This document shows, piece by piece, positions 18,301 to 25,377 of a DNA stretch of 26,796 bases (positions are counted from its first letter, which is position 1; each line of letters opens with the position of its first letter). Both the position numbers and the translations under genes were made by a program. This stretch comes from Chthoniobacterales bacterium. Its GTDB lineage: Bacteria; Verrucomicrobiota; Verrucomicrobiia; Chthoniobacterales; JACTMZ01. Location: NCBI GenBank assembly GCA_044371145.1, contig JBILUI010000013.1, positions 1-26,796 of the forward strand, read 5' to 3'. The notes beneath the pieces were generated by a model. It made no database searches and had not been told where the DNA came from. It was given only the letters and a program-made list of their open reading frames with translations.

Positions 18301-20838
18301 TCAGTCCGCCGGTTGGTGATTGATGAATCCGTCGGTCACCACGTCGTGGACTTGGTGGGTCTGCTCATTGATCTCCTCGAGCCGGCGCACCAACCCGTCG
18401 AGCGAGGGCGCCTGCAGAGATGCACCCGGGAAAAACATTTCCCAGTCCGAGACTTCGATCAATCGCACGACGCCATTGACGGTGTCTTGCGACCGGGCGG
18501 CACCGGCCGATTCGTGTCCGTGCTCCGCGAGCAGGCGCGCGCACTCGCCGAGACACTTGCGAACCGAGCGCGGCACTTCCTCATTCGCGTAAAGCATGCG
18601 CAGAACGGGAACAGGCTCGGCGCGCATCTGGTAAAGCCGGTGGTAAGCGTCGCGCGAGGCCAACATGCGGAGAAAGGCGGACAACTCGATTTCCACCGGG
18701 TGATCGTCGTTGTCCGCGGATTTCGCCGCGCGCTTGGCCAGAGATTTGAAAACAGTGACCCCCGCGTTGCAGGTGATCACCGCACGTTCGAACTGCTGGC
18801 CGAAGCGGCAAAAGTTCCATCCGCGGTCGGAAAGCATGGTCGCCTCGGCCAGACCGAAGAATTCCGCGACAGCCGAGCCCGTGTCGGAGCAGAGGCGCTG
18901 CGTAGCCAAAGAAAGACGGGTTTCGTCGCCCTCGGGCTTGAACTTCACCCGGCCGAATTTTTCCTCGAGGTTGTTGAGAGCGCCGGATGCCTCCATGCTC
19001 AGCGACTCTTGGATTTGCCGGGCATTCCACCAGGCGCGCTGCAAAGTTCCGAGCAACGACCCCTCTTCGCGCGCATCGAAAACGATGCGGTAGCGTTCTG
19101 ACGGCGTGTTAATGCTGCGCTTGCGACCGGAATCCGTCTGCTCGAGCGGAGGAAGCATGCGGTTCCAGACGGGACGATAAAGCTGCCTTTCCTCCCGGGT
19201 AAGCTCCTCGGTCTCGAGGCTTTCCACCACGCCCACCATGCAGGCGAGGCTGGAGGCACGCTCGAGGTAGCGCCCGAGCCAGTAAAACGAGTCCGCCACG
19301 CGGCTGGTCACGCGCGCCGCGGGACCAGCTTGATCGGGAGGCAGCGCGACCCGCGGCCGTTGCGGGTCGGCGTGATCCGACAAGACCCACGTGTCTTTGC
19401 CGCCACCGCCAAGCTCGGACGCGGTGAAAATGCGGTCGGGCGCCGAGACGCGCGTCAGCGCCCCGGGAAAAACATCATATTCGCCTCCGGGACTACGCAA
19501 GGCGAAGACGATGTGATCCTGCCTGCGGTCGTCGAGCGCCCCGCGCCGGTCGAGACAGACGGTCGTCGCCCCCGAATCACGGGGCTGAGCGACATAGTGC
19601 TGCGGTTCCTCGGACAGAAGCTTTCGCAGCTTCTTGCCGTCTGTGGCCGTGGAGGCAGCACTGTGCACGATTTGCTCGCCGTAAAGAGGACGGATATCGA
19701 AATCATCGAGACGGTCAAGAACGTGGTCACGCTGGTCGAGATCGCCCAACCACCACGTGCGCAGAGTCGGCAGTTTTTCGTTCTCACCGAGGTAGAACCG
19801 GATGATCTGCGAGCTGAAAGGCAGGATAGCCCGGTCATCGGCCAGCCTCGTGCCGATGGCATTGGCCACGGCGACATGGCCATGCCGGACGCATTGAAGC
19901 AGACCCGGAACACCGAGGAGCGAGTCGCGACGGAAGACCATGGGATCGATCCATCCGTCGGCCACGCGCGTGTAAAGCACGTCGATTTTTTCGAGGCCGC
20001 TCACGCTTTTCAAATAAAGATGGTCGTCGAGAACGATGAGGTCTCCGCCTTGCACCAGCGGAATGCCCATGCGCCGGGCGAGGAAGCTGTGCTCGGAATA
20101 CGCCGCGTTGCCCGATCCCGGCGTAAGCAGGGCGACAACGGGATCGGATTCGCCGGACGGCGCCAAGGCGCGCAGCGATTCGAGCCATTGCAGAGGGATC
20201 TCCGCGATGCTCTGCGGGTTGTGATCGCGGAAGACCTCTCCGAAGACACGGGAGAGAGCGCGCCGGTTTTGCATCATGTAGGAAATGCCGGAGGCATCGC
20301 TGAAGTAATGGTGGGACACCGCCATGCGCCCGTCGGGCAATCGTGCCAGGGCGAAACCCGCCAGATGCAGAAAGGAGCCCCCGGGGGCAGGCAGGCCGAC
20401 TGCGGCCCTTTGGAAACAAGGACTTCCCAGCACCGGTTGAGCGGGGACGACGCGCTGGCGCAGGATCTCCTTCGGCCCGTGCATGTCGCGGAGAAAAAGT
20501 TCGAAGGCCCGCAGTCGCTGCCGGAAGCCCGCCTCGAGTTCGACCCACTCGGCGGCGTGGAAAATCTCCGGCAAAACATCGCAAAACCACGGGCTTTGGC
20601 GCCACTTCTGGCGTCCGCGCGACACATCGAAGTTGACCCCCATCTCGCGCATGGCCGCCTCGAGCCTCTCGATGACCGAGCGCAACTCGGGACGCGGGGT
20701 GGAAAGAACTCTGTCGAGAAGCGCGCGGTAAGCTTCGCGCGGCGCGCCGTCCGCGCCGAATACCTCGTCCCAAAGCGGACTCTTGCGGGCTTTTGCTTTC
20801 ACCGCCAAGACGGTTTCCGCCGCGCCCGACAGGGTCAA
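18301..20838 (-). CDS. Fusion protein: circularly permuted type-2 ATP-grasp domain (residues ~1-487) plus alpha-E domain (residues ~509-845)
   Basis: The N-terminal half carries [84 protein letters not shown] and [10 protein letters not shown], as in COG2308-type proteins. The C-terminal half starts [21 protein letters not shown], as in alpha-E (COG2307-type) proteins. The track start at 20838 is a TTG. Alternative in-frame TTG 20808 and GTG 20802 exist. Confidence 0.85.
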   Translation of the reverse strand: MTLSGAAETVLAVKAKARKSPLWDEVFGADGAPREAYRALLDRVLSTPRPELRSVIERLEAAMREMGVNFDVSRGRQKWRQSPWFCDVLPEIFHAAEWVELEAGFRQRLRAFELFLRDMHGPKEILRQRVVPAQPVLGSPCFQRAAVGLPAPGGSFLHLAGFALARLPDGRMAVSHHYFSDASGISYMMQNRRALSRVFGEVFRDHNPQSIAEIPLQWLESLRALAPSGESDPVVALLTPGSGNAAYSEHSFLARRMGIPLVQGGDLIVLDDHLYLKSVSGLEKIDVLYTRVADGWIDPMVFRRDSLLGVPGLLQCVRHGHVAVANAIGTRLADDRAILPFSSQIIRFYLGENEKLPTLRTWWLGDLDQRDHVLDRLDDFDIRPLYGEQIVHSAASTATDGKKLRKLLSEEPQHYVAQPRDSGATTVCLDRRGALDDRRQDHIVFALRSPGGEYDVFPGALTRVSAPDRIFTASELGGGGKDTWVLSDHADPQRPRVALPPDQAGPAARVTSRVADSFYWLGRYLERASSLACMVGVVESLETEELTREERQLYRPVWNRMLPPLEQTDSGRKRSINTPSERYRIVFDAREEGSLLGTLQRAWWNARQIQESLSMEASGALNNLEEKFGRVKFKPEGDETRLSLATQRLCSDTGSAVAEFFGLAEATMLSDRGWNFCRFGQQFERAVITCNAGVTVFKSLAKRAAKSADNDDHPVEIELSAFLRMLASRDAYHRLYQMRAEPVPVLRMLYANEEVPRSVRKCLGECARLLAEHGHESAGAARSQDTVNGVVRLIEVSDWEMFFPGASLQAPSLDGLVRRLEEINEQTHQVHDVVTDGFINHQPAD

Positions 20839-20848
20839 GGAGATACAA

Positions 20849-21562
20849 TCAGACTTTCTGCGTGACGCGCGCGCCGCGCGGCTTGCTGCGCAGGCGGAAC
20901 CAGTTGTTCCACGTCTTGCGGATGGTCTGGCGCGTGCTCAAGTATTGCTGCTCGAGCTCGGATCCTTTTTTCAACGCGGCGAGAACCCCGGCCACGGAAA
21001 AATTGTCGGTGTCGAGAATGGTGCAGGCCACACCGACCGCGGCCGCGTGGTGCGCATCACTTCCCGCCGTCATGGGCAAACCGCGTTTCTCCGCATATTG
21101 ATACGCTTTGCGGTTGTGGCGTTTGAGTGTGGTCGCGGCATTGAAGACCTCGAGCCCGTCGAGCGGCAAAGTATCCAGAACGCTCTCGCGGATCCCCGCG
21201 CGGAACAGATCGTAGGGATGCGGCGCCACGCAGATGCCCCCCGCCTCGCGGGCCAGACGACAAACATCAAGCGAGGGTTTTCCTTTGAGCGACGAGGGCA
21301 AATGACAACCGAGGCAAAGGAGATGTCCGTCGGCGGTCGTCACCTCGACGCCGGGAATGACAAGGAAGCCGTCGACCGGCTTGCCGTCCGCACGCATCAG
21401 GCCCTTGCCGAGCATATAGTCAACCGCGTCGCACGTGTTGTGGTCCGTAATGGCGAAGCCGTTGAGCCCCGCCGCGCGCGCCGCGGCAATCAGGTCCTCC
21501 GGACTGCTCACGCCGTCCATAGAGAAAAACGAGTGGACATGGAAATCGATCCGCAGGGGCAT
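20849..21562 (-). CDS. PHP-domain metal-dependent phosphoesterase
   Basis: [17 protein letters not shown] (HxH), AITDHNT, GVEV, VAPHP and GSDAHH motifs of the PHP fold. I use ATG 21562. The upstream 29 codons of the track ORF lack support. The stop lies 10 nt before the ATP-grasp gene. Confidence 0.85.
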   Translation of the reverse strand: MPLRIDFHVHSFFSMDGVSSPEDLIAAARAAGLNGFAITDHNTCDAVDYMLGKGLMRADGKPVDGFLVIPGVEVTTADGHLLCLGCHLPSSLKGKPSLDVCRLAREAGGICVAPHPYDLFRAGIRESVLDTLPLDGLEVFNAATTLKRHNRKAYQYAEKRGLPMTAGSDAHHAAAVGVACTILDTDNFSVAGVLAALKKGSELEQQYLSTRQTIRKTWNNWFRLRSKPRGARVTQKV

Positions 21563-21658
21563 GGCAAAATAGTCCGGTCTGACCCTCTCCTTTGCCAAGA
21601 GGAAAGACCGCTCTTTCGCCCTTGCGGGAAAATTCCCCGTGTTGTGCAATGCTCCCCC

Positions 21659-22411
21659 ATGGTTCTTCTCGGCATCGACATCGGGGGGTCGGGCATCAAG
21701 GGCGCGCCCGTGGACACTGCCACCGGCGAACTCAAAGCGGAGCGCTCGCGCATCCCCACCCCCGTGCCCTCCACGCCCGATGCCGTCACCGAGGTCATCC
21801 GGGAAACCCTCGGCAAATTCCCGGATGTCTCAGGACCCGTCGGCATCACCTTCCCCGGCGTGGTCAAATCCGGACGCGTCCTCACTGCGGCCAACGTGGA
21901 CCCGCAATGGCAGGGCTTCGAAGCTGCCACCTTTTTCACAGCCAAACTCGGTCGCCCGACCATCGTCATGAACGACGCCGACGCCGCCGGCATCGCCGAG
22001 ATGCGCTTCGGGGCCGGCCGCAACATGCAGGGCGTCGTTGTCCTACTGACCCTCGGCACCGGCATCGGCAGCGCGGTTTTTCTCGACGGCAAGCTCCTGC
22101 CTAACACCGAGTTCGGCCACATCGAAATCCGCGGCAAGGACGCCGAATCCCGCGCCGCCGCCCGCATCCGCGAAGAGAAAGACCTGGGCTGGCAGGAGTG
22201 GGGCGAAAAAGTGGGCGAAGTCGTCGCCCGCCTGGCCGCACTGATCAACCCCGACCTCTTCATCATCGGCGGTGGCGTGAGCCGCAAAGCGGACAAATTC
22301 ATCCCCGTGGTCCAATCGATGGTCAAAACACCGATTGTTCCAGCCCAACTCCAGAACGCCGCGGGCTTGGTCGGTGCCGCAGTGGTCGCGGGCGAGAACC
22401 CCGTGGCGTGA
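21659..22411 (+). CDS. ppgK: Polyphosphate/ATP glucokinase (ROK family, PpgK-like)
   Basis: [36 protein letters not shown] and [28 protein letters not shown] motifs. There is no ROK zinc CxCGxxGC motif, as in PpgK. The 5' 876 nt of track ORF 20783..22411 is antisense to the PHP gene. Confidence 0.82.
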   Translation: MVLLGIDIGGSGIKGAPVDTATGELKAERSRIPTPVPSTPDAVTEVIRETLGKFPDVSGPVGITFPGVVKSGRVLTAANVDPQWQGFEAATFFTAKLGRPTIVMNDADAAGIAEMRFGAGRNMQGVVVLLTLGTGIGSAVFLDGKLLPNTEFGHIEIRGKDAESRAAARIREEKDLGWQEWGEKVGEVVARLAALINPDLFIIGGGVSRKADKFIPVVQSMVKTPIVPAQLQNAAGLVGAAVVAGENPVA

Positions 22412-23496
22412 AAGCCGAACCCGCCATCGAAGTGCCCGTGAACATTCCGGGCGCAGCCTGTCGCGTTCTGGTCGGAACCGGCTTGCTCTCCCGTGCCGGC
22501 ATGCTGAGCACGGAAGCTGGTCTGCGCGGCAAATGCGCCGTAATTACGGACGACAATGTCGGCAAACTTCACGCGCAGACCGTGCTCGATTCGCTGAGCG
22601 CCGCGGGATTCGATCCCGTGCTGCTCACTGTCCCGGCCGGAGAAAAATCGAAAAGCCTCGCTGCGGCGGAGAATCTGATCGACGACATGTTGGCTGCGGG
22701 GCTCGACCGCAGTTCCTTCGTTGTCGCTTTGGGCGGGGGCGTGATCGGAGATCTGGCAGGATTCGTCGCTGCGATCTACCAGCGGGGTATTCCTTTCGTA
22801 CAAATCCCAACGACCATCGTCGCACAAGTGGACAGCTCGATCGGCGGAAAAACCGGAGTGAATGCGAAGGCCGGCAAAAACCTGGTCGGCGCGTTCCATC
22901 AGCCGTGCCTGGTGCTGGCCGACATCGATACCCTCGCCACGCTGCCCGACCGCGAATACCGCGAGGGCTTCGCCGAGGTGATCAAGCATGCCGCCATCCG
23001 CGACGCGGAGATGCTCGATACGATCGATCCCGCAGCCCCGCGCGAGTCTCTTGCCCCTCTCATTGCAAGGAATATCACGATCAAAGCGGCCATCGTTGCG
23101 GAGGACGAAAAAGAACACAGCGGCGCGCGTGCTCTGCTCAATTTCGGGCACACCGTGGGCCATGCCATTGAGAACGTGGCCGGATACGGCGAGTTGCTGC
23201 ACGGCGAAGCGATCAGTCTTGGTCTGGCCGCCGCGATCGTTGTCTCCGAGCGGAAAGGCGGACTTTCCGCGGGGGAAGCCGACCGCGTGCGCGCGAAACT
23301 TTCCGCTTTCGGGTTGCCACTCACCTTGCCCACGCATCTGAAAACGGACGCTCTGCTTGCCGCGGCGGCCAAGGACAAAAAATTCAGCGGCGGAAAAATC
23401 CGTTTTGTCGTCGCACCACGCCTTGGGCACGCAGAACTGAGCTCTGATGTCACCGAAGCCGACCTGCGCGAGTCAATCGACGCGATCCGCGCTTAG
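22408..23496 (+). CDS. aroB: 3-dehydroquinate synthase
   Basis: [59 protein letters not shown] and [11 protein letters not shown] motifs. GTG 22408 overlaps the ppgK stop (GTGA) and gives about 362 aa, the usual AroB length. An alternative GTG lies at 22432. Confidence 0.9.
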   Translation: MKAEPAIEVPVNIPGAACRVLVGTGLLSRAGMLSTEAGLRGKCAVITDDNVGKLHAQTVLDSLSAAGFDPVLLTVPAGEKSKSLAAAENLIDDMLAAGLDRSSFVVALGGGVIGDLAGFVAAIYQRGIPFVQIPTTIVAQVDSSIGGKTGVNAKAGKNLVGAFHQPCLVLADIDTLATLPDREYREGFAEVIKHAAIRDAEMLDTIDPAAPRESLAPLIARNITIKAAIVAEDEKEHSGARALLNFGHTVGHAIENVAGYGELLHGEAISLGLAAAIVVSERKGGLSAGEADRVRAKLSAFGLPLTLPTHLKTDALLAAAAKDKKFSGGKIRFVVAPRLGHAELSSDVTEADLRESIDAIRA

Positions 23497-23513
23497 CTGC
23501 GCGGCCAAAAGAC

Positions 23514-24656
23514 ATGACGGTTGAGAGAGAAACGCTCGTCACCCGTCACCCGTCACTCGTCACCGGTGCGAAGCACCTGTATTTGCACATCCCCTTCTGC
23601 CTGCAAATCTGCCCGTATTGCAGCTTCTACAAAGACATCGCGGGCCCGGGCAAAGCCGACCCGTTGGTCGATGCGGTTATCCGCGAAGCCGAACTCTTCG
23701 GCGGCCACTGCGCGCCGGAAACCGTTTTCATCGGCGGCGGAACGCCCACCGCGCTCTCCGTCTCGCAGCTCGATCGTCTTTTTGTCGGATTGCAGAACCA
23801 CCTCAATCTCTCACGCGTCGCCGAGTTCACCATCGAAATGAACCCGGCCACGGTGACCGCGCGCAAAGCGGATCTCCTCCGCGCGCACGGCGTCAATCGG
23901 GTCAGCATGGGTGTGCAATCTTGGGATCCGGAACTGCTCAAAACACTCGGACGCGTCCATGATGCGGAGCAGGTCCGTCGGTCCTTCGCTATTCTGCGCT
24001 CGGCAGGCTACGACAATCTCAACCTCGACCTGATCTACGGCGTGCCGGGGCAAACGCTGGAGCAGTGGGAAGACAGCCTGCGGCAAACCATTGCGCTGCA
24101 CCCCGACCATATCTCGGCTTATTGCCTGACCTACGAGGAGGACACCGAATACTTCGAGCGCTTGCAACGAGGGGAATTCCGCGAAAACAGCGAACAGGAT
24201 GCCGGATTTTTCGAGCGCGGCGTCGAACTCCTCTCCGCCGCCGGCTACAACCAATACGAAATTTCCAACTACGCGCGACCGGAACGCGCCTGCCGCCACA
24301 ACCTCGCTTATTGGGAGGGTGCCGATTACCTCGGACTCGGCCCCAGCGCATGGTCCACCGTCGGCGGCCGCCGCTGGCAAAACGTGCCAGACACCGCGGC
24401 ATATGTCCGGTCGATCCAAGCCGGCGTGCGTCCCATATCCACCGAGGAACTTCTCCCCGCCGAAACCCGCGAGTCCGAAAAAATCGCCTTCGGTCTGCGC
24501 ATGAACGCCGGCATCGATCCGGCGCGGTTGGCCGGCAACCACGATCTTGTCACCGGTCTACGCGAGGAAGGCCTGCTAGAGGACCACGGCCCCCGCGTCC
24601 GTCTCACCGCCCGCGGAAGATTGCTCGCGGATGAGATTGCCGCGCAGTTGATCTGA
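23514..24656 (+). CDS. hemW: Radical SAM heme chaperone HemW / HemN-like protein
   Basis: LYLHIPFCLQICPYCSFY (CxxxCxxC), GGGTP, RVSMGVQS and LDLIYGVPGQT motifs, plus a C-terminal HemN_C-like region. Confidence 0.9.
   Translation: MTVERETLVTRHPSLVTGAKHLYLHIPFCLQICPYCSFYKDIAGPGKADPLVDAVIREAELFGGHCAPETVFIGGGTPTALSVSQLDRLFVGLQNHLNLSRVAEFTIEMNPATVTARKADLLRAHGVNRVSMGVQSWDPELLKTLGRVHDAEQVRRSFAILRSAGYDNLNLDLIYGVPGQTLEQWEDSLRQTIALHPDHISAYCLTYEEDTEYFERLQRGEFRENSEQDAGFFERGVELLSAAGYNQYEISNYARPERACRHNLAYWEGADYLGLGPSAWSTVGGRRWQNVPDTAAYVRSIQAGVRPISTEELLPAETRESEKIAFGLRMNAGIDPARLAGNHDLVTGLREEGLLEDHGPRVRLTARGRLLADEIAAQLI
23537..23564 (+). repeat. Four tandem copies of a heptamer (CGTCACC CGTCACC CGTCACT CGTCACC) inside the hemW 5' coding region
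   Basis: Read directly from the sequence. In the hemW frame it translates as LVTRHPSLVT, upstream of the conserved radical-SAM core. Confidence 0.7.
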
Positions 24657-24664
24657 AATGACAG

Positions 24665-24737
24665 TTGTAGCGGCGGTCTGCGACCGTCGGTGCATTCCTT
24701 TCTCTTCTGTTCCGGCGGTCGCAGACCACCGCTACAA
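24665..24737. repeat. REP-like long hairpin: two inverted 26-nt copies of the TGTAGCGGCGG-core unit around a 21-nt loop
   Basis: TTGTAGCGGCGGTCTGCGACCGTCGG (24665..24690) and CCGGCGGTCGCAGACCACCGCTACAA (24712..24737) are complementary at 24 of 26 positions. Each arm also contains its own short palindrome (GGCGGTC-TGC-GACCG). The element lies between the convergent hemW and lipoprotein genes. No flanking U-tract on either strand. Confidence 0.6.
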
Positions 24738-24749
24738 GTTGGGCCGACC

Positions 24750-25364
24750 TCAGCGTTGCCCCTGCAGGTGCAGATAAGCAGAGAGCACGCGGCGCATGTC
24801 GTCCAACTCGGGGCGGCCGAGACGGATCTCTGCGCTGTCGGTCGTGCGGATGACGGCGGCTTGGCCGTTGATCATGGCCAGCACGAGCGGGCGCACATCA
24901 TCAAAGTGAATATCGGCCAACTGCATCACCTTTCCGCCGGGGAGATTCTCGAATTCATTGGGCGCAGGTGAGAAAGAGCCGGCCTCGATGCCATCGACCA
25001 TGACCGCGCAGTTGCCGAGGTTAGCCGCCCGCGAACCCTCGTGGCGCACGACAAAGCGGAGCGTTGAAGCCCCCTCGCCCAACTTTCCTAGGTAAAGGTA
25101 AGCCGTGCTGCCCGTGGCCGCGACATTGCCTTGGAACCAAGTCGCACCGTGCGCCACATCGGACCGGACACCCAACCCGGACATGGCCTGCGCGCCGTCG
25201 CGGGCGATTTCAGACATCGATTCTTGCTCGATCGCTGTCGGAGGCGGCGGTATTTTTATCTCGACGGGCTGAGGGGACGCGACAGGTGGCTCCGGCGCGG
25301 GCCGTTGGCAACCCGCCGGTTGCAGCACGAACACGGCAACCGCCACAGTGACCGCACGCCGCAC
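24750..25364 (-). CDS. Hypothetical lipoprotein (no family recognised)
   Basis: GTG 25364 with AAGGA about 10 nt upstream gives VRRAVTVAVAVFVLQPAGC: a signal peptide plus a lipobox-like LQPAGC. A Pro-rich linker (PAPEPPVASPQPVEIKIPPPP) and a ~150-aa globular region follow. The 35 upstream codons of the track ORF overlap the preceding gene's 3' end. Confidence 0.6.
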   Translation of the reverse strand: MRRAVTVAVAVFVLQPAGCQRPAPEPPVASPQPVEIKIPPPPTAIEQESMSEIARDGAQAMSGLGVRSDVAHGATWFQGNVAATGSTAYLYLGKLGEGASTLRFVVRHEGSRAANLGNCAVMVDGIEAGSFSPAPNEFENLPGGKVMQLADIHFDDVRPLVLAMINGQAAVIRTTDSAEIRLGRPELDDMRRVLSAYLHLQGQR

Positions 25365-25377
25365 TGCGCTTGATTCC

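Noticed and set aside
19330-20865. 511-aa + strand ORF opposite the ATP-grasp/alpha-E gene, and the 262-aa ORF at 18313..19101.
   Set aside because: Both are antisense to a gene with strong family motifs. They are Arg/Gly/Ala-rich with no motifs and no plausible start context.
21626-21637. GGGAA-AA-TTCCC palindrome about 20 nt upstream of ppgK, in the divergent region shared with the PHP operon.
   Set aside because: It has only 5-bp arms, it is a single copy, and no associated regulator gene is present. It could easily be chance.
21508-23430. 640-aa minus-strand ORF spanning ppgK and aroB.
   Set aside because: It crosses two well-supported + strand genes. Its Arg/Ser/Ala/Pro-rich translation has no motifs. 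It is a GC-driven artefact.
24665-24737. The long hairpin interpreted as a canonical Rho-independent bidirectional terminator.
   Set aside because: No U-tract follows the stem on either strand, and the same sequence unit recurs at 16481..16591. I treat it as a REP-like element that may still affect 3' ends.
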